DNA from: Octopus sinensis
Taxonomy: Eukaryota
NCBI RefSeq assembly: GCF_006345805.1
Contig: NC_042997.1
Location: 117,366,001-117,430,000, forward strand
DNA length: 64,000 nt
Direction: 5' to 3'
Shown piece by piece: positions 1 to 12,175 of this stretch (position 1 is its first letter; each line of letters opens with the position of its first letter). The position numbers and the translations under genes are program-made. The notes under the pieces were generated by a model that searched no databases, was not told where the DNA came from, and saw nothing but the letters and a program-made list of their open reading frames with translations.

Positions 1-240
1 AAAAAGTTCATGAGCGACTGGCCAGAGAGGTAAGTGTTTGTCTCTAATCCTTTCGCTCGAGTCCACCACACACATTCTTTCACCATGGCCACCAGTACGA
101 TGAAGACTGCCTTGCCTTCCCGGTTAAGGGAAGGTGGCGGAGCAACTTCCAAGATAGACTCGGCCGACAGGCGGACTCGTCCCACATATGACAGCAGCCG
201 TTCGGCATAAGCCCACCACAGGTCCGAAATAATTGGACAA
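1..240 (-). mobile_element. Second partial copy of the same Tx1/L1-like element, running off the window edge
   Basis: 1-220 aligns to 649-865 with scattered substitutions (aaaagttcatgagcga...cagcagccgttcgg). Confidence 0.75.
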
Positions 241-260
241 ATGTTTTTGTCGCTCGTGCA

Positions 261-1268
261 AGATAGATAAGTTTCTTTATTAGCCACACAGGGCAAACAG
301 AGAAGGGACAAAATACAATGTAGAGATTTTCTTTTCGAAAATAGAAAAAAAAAGAGAAAAATAAAATTCCGATCAAAGGGATCGTGAGAAAAAAAAAACG
401 ATCAAAAGGCATGGTGTTTCACAGAAAAAATTTTAAAAGTGTGAAAAGCAAGATCACGTCAACCTCAGGCAGGGAGGGATTAAACACTTGAGACCAAAGT
501 GCTCTCTCTCTTTTTTCGATTCACAGGATCATGCTCAAAGTGGTTTCATCACCAACACGCACCATCTTTGCTACACTCACCCATTGAAACATTCACGAGA
601 CAAAATTTGCCTCTCTATTCTCACCTTCCTTTTCAAGTGGTACTTGAAAAAGTTCATGAGCGATTGGCCAGAGAGGTAAGTGTTTGTCTCTAATCCTTTC
701 ACTTGAGTCCACCACACAGATTCTTTCACCATGGCTACCAGTACGATGAAGACTGCCTTGCCTTCCTGGTTTAGGGAAGGTAGCGGAGCAATTGTCACAA
801 TAGACTCGGCCGACAGGCGGACTCGTCCCACACGTGACAGCAGCCGTTCGGTTTAAGCTCACAGGTTGGACACTGCACGAGTGCGTGCAGAACGGTTTCA
901 TCGTTCTGACCGCATCTCGGACAAGTCGGTCGGTGTGTCTCGAACCGTGCCTGTAATGCTTATCCGAATGGGTAATGCTTCTCAGTAACACTATCAGGCT
1001 AGGGATCTCTGGTAATTGCCCATAGGTCCCGACCCTAAAGCTGTCCTGAACAGGCGGGTCAGGTGTTCCTCGTCGATGCCCAGATTCTGCCCGAGAGCGT
1101 CATCGCACCGCCCTTCTACTATAGGACGCCTTTGTGGAATTCAAGTCGCACAGGTTTGGTCCCGGACGGCAGAGTTGCTTGAGAGCAACGCGGCACTCAC
1201 GGTGCCATTCGCCTAGCCTCGGTCTCTGTTTGATCCACGACTGCAGTTCGGCCAAAGAGACGAGCTGC
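261..1268 (-). mobile_element. Tx1/L1-like non-LTR retrotransposon 3' fragment (degenerate ORF2 C-terminus plus 3' UTR)
   Basis: Minus-strand translation across frameshifts gives YQRSLA*-CY-EALP, YRHGS, ETVLHALVQCP (zf-RVT/CCHC-like) and ORF 577..831. It ends in ...gtgtggctaataaagaaa followed by (TATC)-like sequence. Confidence 0.7.
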
Positions 1269-1369
1269 GGGATGGATGGATGGATGGATGGATGGACGGA
1301 CGGACGGACGGACGGTCGGACGAACGGATGGATGGATGGATGGATGGTTGGTTGGTTTGGTTGGTTGGA
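1269..1369. repeat. Compound tetranucleotide microsatellite (GGAT)n(GGAC)n(GGTT)n
   Basis: Direct reading. Confidence 0.95.
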
Positions 1370-1779
1370 TAAATTTGTGTATTCTACAGATTATTAATGG
1401 CATAAATTTTGTCAATTCTTGATGAATGACATCACCTAGGTAGGCGTTAAATGATACATATTCAGCCATTGCTACGTAGCAAGTACACCTCCGAAATAAT
1501 GATTTAGCTATAAAGCCAAATTTTCTTATCTTTGATTGTATAATAAATTCATTCGTTCTGAATACATTAATTTTAATCCACTTTTTTAATCCACTTAGTT
1601 ACTGTGAATATTTTCATTATTATTGAAATTAATTTCAATATTGGAGGAAAATTGTAATCATTTGTAGAGTTATTTGAAACAAGGTTTCCTCATCTCATGA
1701 TACACTGGTGTGCTGTAAAATACATGTATTTAACGTATAACATTGAAAGAATTGACGATAGTCTATGTTCTAATTATGC

Positions 1780-2100
1780 TAAAAACTACGGCTTTAAGTT
1801 CAATATAATATTAAAGTCTAGTTTTTTAAAAACTAGCGTTCAGTTTTTGGACTCAAAAGTTATGTTTTCTGGAGGCAAAATAATGACAGATTTATTTTGC
1901 AAAACCCCGTCATCCCACATTTACCTCTGTCGCTGCTCTGATCATCCACATTATATATTTCGGTTAAATCCGAAATCCTAAATTTTGAGAATAAAACGGA
2001 TTTGTACTGACATAGGGGATTATTGGAAACATGCAAATGCTTTATGTCAAACGCGGTTACATTGAATCATGATTAAAGGAAATCGCAAATGACAGCGAAA
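1780..2100 (+). mobile_element. Degenerate Penelope-like element RT/thumb fragment
   Basis: ORF 1697..1981 and its continuation: VQFLDSKV...IMTDLFCK.PSSHIYL...SDHPH...ILRIKRIC, the PLE thumb motif FLD..V....TD...K.T....YL...S.HP. Confidence 0.7.
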
Positions 2101-3174
2101 ATTAAGAAAGTCAAACTTCTACGCATAATTTTACTGGAAGTTGGATTAGGCTCCTACCGCCTTCCTTTCGTAGGATTATTGTTATTATTATTATTATTAT
2201 TATTATTGTTGTTGTTGTTTTTGTGAGAGCAGCATACATCATGAAGTGACACTAGAATCGTTAGCACGCCGGTTAAAATGCTTAGCGGCATTTCGTCCGT
2301 CTTTACGTTTCGAGTTAAAATTCCGTCGATGACGACTTTGCCTTTCATCAATTCGGGACCGATAAAATGAGTACTAGTTGAGCATTAGGGTCAACTAAAC
2401 CCCTCCCTGAACTTACTCTCCCTGTGCCCAAATTTTAAATCAACACTATAACTGCCGCTATGAAGTTATAGAATTCTGCTGAAGATGTGTATATATATAT
2501 ATATATAAGTTCAGTAAAAATTTAGATTCAGTTGAATATGATACTTAAGTTAAAGGCTCCAGAATTTGGTATGGTATTATCCATATAATTCAAAATGGGG
2601 CGATTACAATCAAAATAAGCAACAAGGATATCCAGAGGTAATGCAGTACGATCGTTTCATGCGACTCCATTTAATTGAACAATGCAAGTACTACATCAGT
2701 TTTAAAATGTAGAGCAAAGTCTCTTGCTTTAGAAAAAGCGCAAATTTCACAATATTCCATACCGCATTCCCAAACAAAATAGAGCATTTAATTCTGCTGA
2801 ACTTAAGCTACTACAATTTAATTTACCATAATCCCTATAGAACGTAGAAAATAATTCTAAATGGACCGAAGTGAAATATAGATTGGAACTGTGAAATGAC
2901 ATCAACAGCTTCTTTCGAGAAAATATGAGCATGAAAACTGCCATTTAAAACCTCATAATTACCTGGTTTAATATGTGCATAAGATATATTATCAATTTTA
3001 CTGTTCCTAATTGTACACCTGACATAAATAAAAAAAAAAGGAAGAGAATCAAACGTTATCGATATTCCGATCTATTTTATTTAGAGGTCAATATATTTTA
3101 TATCACATAAGATAGTTTTACATATGCATGCATCCCATCAAGCAGTTTTTTTAATAGACAGAACAAACACATGC

Positions 3175-3205
<31 letters not shown>

Positions 3206-3564
3206 TCAATCGCATACACACGCGCAAATACACATATGCATACACTTGCACGCATATATGCATATATTTATGTGTGTGAATCAGTTAGATGTGCATATAT
3301 GTATATATACATTTATATAGGTGTGTGTGAGTGTGTGTCTGTGCGTATGCTCGTACCTGTGTGTGTATGCTCGTGCCTGTAAGTGTATGTTTGTGCATGT
3401 ATGTGTATGCTTGTGCATGTATGTGTATGCGCGCGCATAATTTAGACTATATATATATATTAGTCTGAACTATTACGACTGTCTGATGAACAGTTACATG
3501 AAATAGAGTAACACTTTGTGAAGCTTTTCGGCTTCAATAAAATAGGATGTGTGTGTGTGTGTAT

Positions 3565-3854
3565 GGAGGCGCATTGGCCCAGTGGTTAGGGCAGCGGACT
3601 CGCGGTCGTAGGATCGCGGTTTCAATTCCCAGACCGGGCGTTGTGAGTGTTTATTGAGCGAAAACACCTAAAGCTCCACGAGGTTCTGGCAGGGGGGGGG
3701 GGCAACCCTGCTGTACTCTTTCGCCACAACTTTCTCTCACTCTTTTTTCTGTTGGTCTGCTCGCTTAGCCAGCGGGGTGGTGTTATTTGAAGGCTAAAAC
3801 AATGCGAAGCGCATTGTGACCAGCGACGTGTAGCAACATCTGATAGCCTGGTCG
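3565..3854 (+). mobile_element. tRNA-derived SINE, family A (GGAGGCGCA head)
   Basis: A-box-like TGGCCCAGTGG and B-box-like GGTTTCAATTCC. Related copies at 11130-11357 (-), 50757-50843 (-) and 51340-51633 (-). Confidence 0.75.
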
Positions 3855-3969
3855 TTGAGTTAAGCTGAGGATGACAAGTATAATTTATAATGAATTCGTT
3901 GAAGATGTAAGACTCTTCCTGAAGTTATCTATTTTTATATTCTTTTATTCTTTTTATTCTTCTACTTGG

Positions 3970-4099
3970 AGAGGAACAAATCGACCCCATAACTTGTTTC
4001 TTAAGCCAAGTACTTAGTCTATCATCTCTTTTGACGAACCGCTAGGTTATAGGAACGTCAACACACGAACACCGACTGTCAAGCGGTGATGGGGGAACA

Positions 4100-4136
<37 letters not shown>

Positions 4137-4435
4137 CGGCCTTCTTTCAGTTTCCGTCTAACAAGTTCAATCACAAAGCTTTGGTCAACCTGAGGCTATA
4201 GTAGAAGACATATGCTCAAGGTGCCACGCAGTGGGACTGAACCTGAAACCATGAGGTTGGGAAGCAATTTATAATATATATATATATATGTACGGATGTA
4301 TGTGTATGTATGCATGTAAAAATTATTTTATTAGCAGGAAGATCTGCAGAAGTAAATTTGGGTTATCATGGGGACGTAAACAAACCGACATCGGTTGTTA
4401 AATGATGGTGGGGGGACAAACACAGTCACATAAAC

Positions 4436-4467
<32 letters not shown>

Positions 4468-4620
4468 GACACACGGCTTCTTTCAGTTTCCATCTACCAA
4501 ATCCACTCACAAGGCTTTGGTCGGCCCGAGGCTATAGTAGAAGACATTTGCCCAAGGTGCCACGCATTGGGACTGAACCCGGAACCATGTGATTGGTAAG
4601 CAAGCTACTTACCACACAGT
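3970..4620 (-). mobile_element. Two tandem copies of tRNA-derived SINE family C (head GTGGCTGTGTGGTAAG..., internal (TG)n)
   Basis: Repeated block gtttccgtctaccaaatccactcacaaggctttggtcggcccgaggctatagtagaagacacttgcccaaggtgccacgcagtgggactgaacc. Other copies or parts at 10070-10250, 28080-28480, 39545-39695 (+), 40425-40590 (+), 42400-42690 and 60480-61097. Confidence 0.75.
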
Positions 4621-4702
4621 TACTTCATATGTATATATAAAAGTCATTAAAGCAAATGTATATACTCTGTTCATGCTGAATAATATACAATATATATATA
4701 TA

Positions 4703-4737
<35 letters not shown>

Positions 4738-6001
4738 CAATATATATATATATATAAATACACAATATATATATATATATAAAGTCACTAAAGTCAGCAT
4801 CAGCATTGCTAGAAATAAGAGTCAAACCAACTCTTATAATATACAATGTGCTGCTTTACATACCAATTTTGCGTAGAAGTGCATCTTGTCAGTAAACGTA
4901 TTCGTACAACTGAACTCGTATCTCTGTATGTGCTTGTGTGCCTCAATAGACGCTGTAAGGTCTCGCATAGGTAACATTATTATGAAATGAAAAACTTCGG
5001 TCAAATGCCATTCATTTCGTTTATATTTGTAAGCTGCTTTTTGCGCTCGTACGAGCATTTAGACTCACTGCTGTGTTTACTAGTTTACATATTCGTCTCA
5101 ATCTTTCTCTTTCATGAACTTTTGCATATATTTTCAACAACATATCAATAAAACTAGTTTTGTTTATATATATTCTTTTAATCAAAGTTAAATAATTCGC
5201 CCACTCTTCATCTGCATCAAGAATATAACAATGCTACATAATTTATATAATAATGATAGATAATATTCTCGTGGTGGGAATATTTGATGTAAATGGAGTA
5301 ATATCATTTCGTATGATGGCTATAAATAACTGCGTGACGTTTTCTATTGACAAAAAAAGAAATTAAACGTAATTAGAGTGCTACCATAACTGTTTAGAAT
5401 GAAAATCTGATGAGAACTCGACAGCTATATTGATTTGTTGGAACTTGAACTACTATCAGCTCCAAATGTCACAGTTATATATACATGGTTAATGCTCAGA
5501 TTGGTTCTCTATTAAAAAAAAAATTGAAATTGATCCAGCTGGCGAGTAATTAAGGCAACAGATTAAGTATATTCAGAAGAGACCGAGAGAGAAAATAAAA
5601 CACTGTAAAATGAGAATTTTTTTTCTTCTCGTAACGTTAGGTGAATTCAAAAGTAATGTTATTAATGCCTATTTCTGTAATGTGAGTTCGATGATATTTT
5701 GATCATACGAAATGGTTTTAGTTTGTTAGTTTCTTATATAAGATTGATTACTGTAGGGGAGATGAGAGTGTGTGGGTGGGTGAGTATGTGTGTGCGCGTG
5801 CGTGTGTAATTAGTGCTACAGTTTCCACTTTCATAACAGACATCTTGTTTCTTTCAATTTCCTATCAATATCGTTCTCCCGTTCTCGCCTACTCTCCCCC
5901 TCTCTTTCTCTCTCTCTTTCGTATTTCTTTCTCAGTATATACTTGCTCACATGCCACACACGCATACATATATTTACGCATATGCAACAGTTATGTATGT
6001 G

Positions 6002-6063
<62 letters not shown>

Positions 6064-6560
6064 TGAAGTTGTGTGAGTGTCTGTCTCCTACGATTTAGAT
6101 TCCTAACTACTCCACATTTTGCGGTGCAGTTTAACCAAATTCGGGTATCTTATAGTCGTGATTCATATCGAGCTCTTCTGGTATTAGCGCGCGTCTACGA
6201 TGAGTCTACGATTTTAAAAATAATATACCATAATTTTTTTCCATTTTAAGGCATATTTTATCCGTGTGTCGATGGCGGCGGAGTTGGCGTCCATGCTCAC
6301 ACCTGCACCTGTGTTGCTTCTCCCCCTTCTTCCCTCCCTCGTGAAGCTGTGGGGAAGGGAGTGTAAGAAAATCAACGTCGTAAAGCGTTGTCAAGGAGAC
6401 CAGCGTTCTTTTAGAACAACGACTTCATGGCTTGAAGTCGCCAAAACAGAAATCGCTAAAAAAGCTGAAACAGATCCACAAAAACGGCAAAAATCGCCAC
6501 ACAGGGCAGGTTTCCTGTGCAAACAATTTGCACAACCGAATGTTTTAGTTGTTGCACAAA

Positions 6561-6827
6561 TCTTTATATATAAAAGTGAAGTTGTGTGTCTGTCTCCTAC
6601 GATTTAGATTCCTAACTACTCCCACATTTTGCGGTGCAGTTTAAGTCGTGATTCATATCGAGCCCTTCTGGGTATTAGCGCGCGTCTACGATGAGTCTAC
6701 GATTTAAAAAAAAAATTACCATCATTTTTTATTCCATTTTTAATGCATTTTTTGCTATAACTCTCTAAAAAATGCTTATATAGTTATTTCCCTTACAAAC
6801 CCGAGCAACGCCGGGCGATACTGCTAG
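6561..6827 (+). mobile_element. Non-autonomous Helitron-like element
   Basis: 5' TC start (a|tctttatatataaaagtg), 3' hairpin CCCG-AGCAACGC-CGGG then CTAG|t; inserted between A and T. A second 5' end with the same first 180 nt lies at about 6058-6240. Confidence 0.75.
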
Positions 6828-6948
6828 TGTATATATATATATAAGTCACTAAAGTCAGCACCAGCATTGCTAGAAATAAGAGTTAAAGCATCTCTTATTC
6901 ACGGGAAAAGCACTTATCTCCTAACTGACAAGGGAGACAACTCGCTGC

Positions 6949-7016
6949 AGCAAATGAGTGTCAGATAATCGATGATTTCAGATTAGATTAATCTTCATCA
7001 GTGACACTCCGTTGCC
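6949..7016 (-). ncRNA. Type I hammerhead ribozyme candidate
   Basis: Minus strand reads GAGUGUCA CUGAUGA AGAUU-AAUCU-AAUCU GAA AUCA-UCGA-UUAU C UGACACUC: 8-bp stem I (5 more pairs after a 2x2 loop), intact core, 5-bp stem II, near-palindromic stem III, AUC cleavage triplet. Confidence 0.75.
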
Positions 7017-7322
7017 TAGGGTTAAATTGAACTCGCCTTGTCAGTTTATAGAAAAGACCACAGCAATCAGAGGCTGATTCGGCTCGTGGCTAAGAATTGT
7101 TTTGACTGCTATTTCTAGCACAATTGGTGCTGATTTACACCCTTGGTCACTTTAGTGACGATTTTACTTGTGCATTTCGGATTTTAAATTGCGACCAGCC
7201 ACCTTAATAATATATATATACATATATTATATATACACATTTCAAAATGTAACCACATGTGAATCGTTGCCGATTTTTTCCTCTCCGTCTTCCTTTTCTA
7301 TTAGACTTTCCTCTGTCTCCTT

Positions 7323-7355
7323 TTTCTGAAGAAGAGCTTTGCTCGAAACGTAAAA
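7323..7355 (+). ncRNA. Minimal (Penelope-type) hammerhead-like motif
   Basis: UUU CUGAAGA A GAGC-UUU-GCUC GAA ACGU A AAA: intact core with one extra A, palindromic ACGU stem III, GUA triplet; stem I is only 3 A-U pairs. Confidence 0.5.
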
Positions 7356-7642
7356 CACCCTTTCTTTCCTTCCTTGAGCGTCTGCTAATACTTTACATTT
7401 ACCACGTCCTCGCATTGTTGTTTTTTGTGCTTGTTCTTCGTTTTTTTTTGGGGGGGGAGGGAGTTACGTCTGCCATTATGTTCTGAGTTCAAATTCCGCC
7501 GAGGTCGACTTTGCCTTTTATCCTTTCGGGGTCGATTAAATAAGTATCAGTTATGTACTGCGGTCAATGTAATAGACTTAATCCCTTTGTCTGTCCTTGT
7601 TTCCCCCCCCCACCCGTGTTTAGCCCGCTGTGGGCAATAAAG

Positions 7643-7724
<82 letters not shown>

Positions 7725-8495
7725 ATATGTATGTATTTATATATTCAGTGAAGGACTTTAAGAGCTGCTCAGAGAAGTGTGTTCATCTGGAACAACTTCT
7801 AACACTCTAAAAATATCACAGTGGGGTTACTGATAAGTATTCATATATTTTAGACAGCGCCCAAAGTAAAGCCACTTGCCTGTCTGACAGGAAGTCGCTC
7901 ATCAATACATTCTAACCTGCTTTTCTTCTGCTGCTCTCTTCGGTGCTAGCTGCTGTACCCAGGTACTTCCGATTCACTTGTCTCTTCTCTCGTTATTCAT
8001 ATTATATTGGCACACAGTCTGTACCCCTACGCTGACTCCGCATCAACCACTGCGATCAGTAATTTCTTAGTAGATCGTGGGCCCTCATCTCACTGTATGT
8101 GTCTTACCCCGAGGTCATCATCTAAAAGTTATTCAAGAATATTAACCGAGTCAATCTCACGGTTCTCAGAGGGCCTGCTCAGGTCAGTGATACAGCCTCT
8201 TTCTCCAGTTTAAATCAATAAAAATATATATATCAAAGTGAGAAAGGAGCAGTTATTTTTAAAGCTTACCATCTTTTCAACTCCTGATATCGATCCTGTT
8301 AAAACATTAACATTCTTCCCCGAAGAAATTTCGTTAAGATTTAGACAATATGAAATTCGTTTTTTTCTTCTTTTTATTTGTTCAACTATTGTTAAAGTAT
8401 ATGATCTTTAAACTAACTTCAACATCTCATAAAGTTCTTGGATAATATATAGTTCCTCTATCAGTGTCGTCGCTATCACGATTATCCTCATCTTG

Positions 8496-9461
8496 TATTA
8501 TTATTATTATTATCGTTTGATGAAATCTCTTAGCTTATTTTTCTGGGTATCAAGAAAAGTGTGTGCTGTCCATAGCCAACAGACTAAGGTAACACTTGTT
8601 TACTGGTCATGCTTCAAGAACTCTGCGAAAAATATTACAGTTCCAAGCAATGCTGATTTTTGTAGGTGTTCTACCTTCACACTTGTACCAATCAGCCATG
8701 TTGATAGTTTAGTGCTGATACTTCCAAGTGCAACAATTACTATTGGTACCACGTCTACAGTCCTTATTGAACATAACCTTCGTATTTCCCCCTTCAAATC
8801 GTAGTTGTTCAGGTTTTCTTCTTTCTCTTTGATTCTGTTGTCACCGGGACATACTGTGTCATTTATCATGCATGTTCTTTCGTTTTTATCCACCACAACA
8901 ATGTCCGGTTTCCGATGTCTCTTCCGGTAATGCACTGAATCACTGAATCTCTCAGGTTTTTGCAATTCTCGTTCTCGGTGACTCCTTCTGGGGTTTTCTC
9001 ATACCACGTCTTTGCTCTTCTTAGGACGTGAATTCCACAGAACTCCCAACGGATCATTCTTGCCACATTGACATGTCGTCTTTTTTATTTGTGTTGTGCC
9101 AATTTCGGGCATTCGCTAACGATGTACCATACCGTTTCACCGCTCTCACCACACATTCTGCATTTGTTGCTGTCCATAGTGTTGTCACATAGTTAGTCCT
9201 TAACGCTTGTTCTTGTGCTGCGAATATAAGTGCTTCTGTCGATCTTCAGGTCACTTCTCCTCACCCATACCCACTGGTCTTCTATATCTGTCTTGGCGTT
9301 CGTATCTCTTGCAAAACTGACCGTATTTTTTCTCCTTCCATGCTGTTCCTTCTTTTCTGTTCTTTTCCTCTCAGCGTTTTCTTTTCTTTACACAATTATC
9401 AGTTTTAATGATGCCGGACATCTTCACATGTTTCAGCAATGATTCCATGGTATCTTTAACA

Positions 9462-9507
<46 letters not shown>

Positions 9508-9510
9508 TAT
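8496..9510 (-). mobile_element. Dong/R4-like (restriction-like endonuclease) LINE 3' fragment, degenerate
   Basis: ORF 8600..8965 RKPDIVVVDK...LKGEIRRL...VVPIVIVALG...LQKSALLGT; upstream EALIFAAQEQALRTN and a degenerate CCHC region; flanked by (TAT)n on both sides. Confidence 0.8.
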
Positions 9511-11527
9511 TAAGGCAGCGGGCTGGCAAAATGTTTAGCAGCATTTCGCCCGTCTTTACGTTCTGATTTCAAATTCCACCGAAGTCGACTTTGCCTTTCA
9601 TCCTTTCGGGATCGACAAAATAAGTACCAGTTGGAAGCCGGGATCGACGTGTTCAACTAGCCACCTTTCCCCAATATTCCAGGCCTAGTGCCTACAGTAG
9701 AAATGACTATTCTAGTTGTTATTTGCGGTGCTAGAATTATTTTCTACGCACCGATTCTTTACATTAATCTATTTCTCATTAATACCACTCAGTGAAATGC
9801 TTATCAGATTATAAATATTATTCATACAGAATCGACAGATTGATTGATAAAGTAACTTGAAAATGGAAAGTGAAGTAAATCGAAGTTTAATCTCCTTAAA
9901 ACCTTTGTCTCCATTTGGAAGGGCAACGAACGTGACCTTTTTCAGGACATCAGAGACTGGAGAACGGGAAGGAGAAGGGAGAATACGTCATCCCCGGGCT
10001 GAAGACCTTGGCTACATGCATGCAACAATATGGACTTTACTAATGGCACCCCATACCAAGAACTGAAAAGGTCCTACCGACGGCCTTCTCCACATTTCCG
10101 TCAACCTAATTTTACTCACAAGGCTTTTGTCAACAAGCAGTTATAGTAAAAATACATTTGCCCGTGGTGTTCATAGAGGGACAGAACCCGAAACTACAAA
10201 GATGCAAATCAAACGTCTTAACCCCACCCCCAACCATACCTGCACTAACTACAAACCGTAAATATATCGATAAATTAGAACATATATTGTGTAGGTAATC
10301 AGTTTACGCCGTGATATTCCAAACATATTAAGTGTCTAAGACTAAAATCTTCTAAATGACATTTATCCGATAACATACGCAAAAACTTCACAAAGTACTT
10401 CATTACTTTCTCATCCAACTGCTCCGCATGATCTTTATGTTTAGCGATTCTGTAAGGTTGGTGGTTGTGCCGAGAGGTTACCAGGTTCCAATCTAAATCT
10501 GCTCATGCACTGAAGAATTAGCTCGAAATCTTTAAAATGACGATCACATTTGAGAGGTGGTAAATCACTAATCCCTTCTGACATTTACTAACTAATAATA
10601 TAATCATGTTAATTCTTCGAAATCCAAATCATTGATTCCTATGTTTACAGAGAAACATTCACTAGTAAAACAAAGTGATATATCGGTTTTAAGGAGATTA
10701 AACTTCGATTTACTTCACTTTAGATTCTCAGGCAACTTTATCAATCAGTCTGTCGATACAGTATCAATAATATTTATAATCTTAGATAAGCATTTGACCG
10801 AGTGGTATTACATATTTAGGAGAATGTCTAATCTGATAGTGAACTAGTGAACCATTTTATACACAATCTACGACACACACACATACACACACACATATCG
10901 TTTTCTTTGAAACAAACACAGGAAATAGATCTCAATATGCAAGAGTATATGTCACTTAAGTCTCGGGTTTTTAGTCATGTGAATTTATAACCGAATAAAA
11001 TAACATAGGCGCAATTATCTATTGAGTTGTATTACTTTTAGATATATAAACATTCTTGTCGCCCTTTTCAAGCCTAGTTAGGCTCATGGGCCCGATTTCC
11101 CGGTTTTTGTGGCATATGTGTCCCCCACCTAACTTGACGGGACGCCAGTCCATCGCAGCGTTACTCAACAAACAGGAAGAAAGAGTGAAAGTTTGGAAGA
11201 AAGAGTACAACAGGGATCGCCACCACCCCCTGCCGGAGCCTGGTGGAGCTTCAGGTGTTTTCGCTCAATAAACACACACAACGCCCGGTCTGGGAATCGA
11301 AACCGCGATCCTCCGACCGCGAGTCCACTGCTCTAACCACTGGGCCATTGCGCCTCCACATATATATAAATATAGAACATACAAACGATAAAGGAATAAA
11401 ATATGCAATATACTAACAGAAATTAATATGAAGTTCTTTATACACGTTATTTGTCCAGCAATTTCAGGTTAATGTTGCACTATACGAATATATGAAGAGA
11501 GAGAGAGAAAGAGAGAGAGAGAGGGAG

Positions 11528-11595
<68 letters not shown>

Positions 11596-11874
11596 CGTAA
11601 TGTAAGATTTGTAAAGTATATTGGTTTCCAATTTTGGCACAAGGCCAGCAATTTAGGGAAGGGTGGAAGTCGACTATATCGATTCCAGAGCTCAAATGGT
11701 ACTTGCTTTATCGACCCCGAAAGGATGAAAGGCAAAGTTGACTTCGGCGGAATTTGAACTCAGAACGTAATGACGGATGAAATGCCGCTAAGCATTTTGC
11801 CTGGCGTGCAAACGTTTCTGCCAGCTCGCCGCCTTAGAGTTGCAAAAATAATATAGTTTACGCATTATCTGCTA

Positions 11875-12175
11875 TAGTGAAGGTGTTTTGCTCAATGGTC
11901 ATAGCGTTGGGCTCACAATCATTGAGGTAGTGAGTTCGATTCTCGGAAGGGGCTATGCAAGACACCTTATTTCATGTTGCTCCTGTTCGCTCAGCCAAAC
12001 TGTATCGACCTTTACCTTATCCCTCGGATAACGTCGGTGGCGTGGAGAGAGGAGACTGGTATGCATGGGTGACTGCTGTTCTTCCATAAACAACCTTGCC
12101 CGGACTTTTGTCTCGGGAGGAAACTTTCTGGGTGCAATCCCATGGCCATTCATGATCGAAGGGGGTCTTTACCCT
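11875..12175 (+). mobile_element. SINE family D (GCAAGACAC...TTATTTCA-type body)
   Basis: B-box-like GAGTTCGATTCTC then gcaagacaccttatttcatgttgctcc. Related bodies at 27805-28055 (+), 47290-47520 (+) and 50540-50730 (-). Confidence 0.6.

Noticed and set aside
3565-3640. tRNA-like sequence with A and B boxes
   Set aside because: No complete cloverleaf or acceptor stem; it continues into a repeated SINE body, so it is called a SINE head, not a tRNA gene.
6266-6607. 113-aa ORF with GC-rich start
   Set aside because: No recognisable domain or splice context; it lies inside the Helitron composite and runs into the repeat terminus.
10486-10530. CTGAAGA...GAAA with an ATC/GAT stem III
   Set aside because: Stem II and stem I do not pair; at most a decayed remnant.
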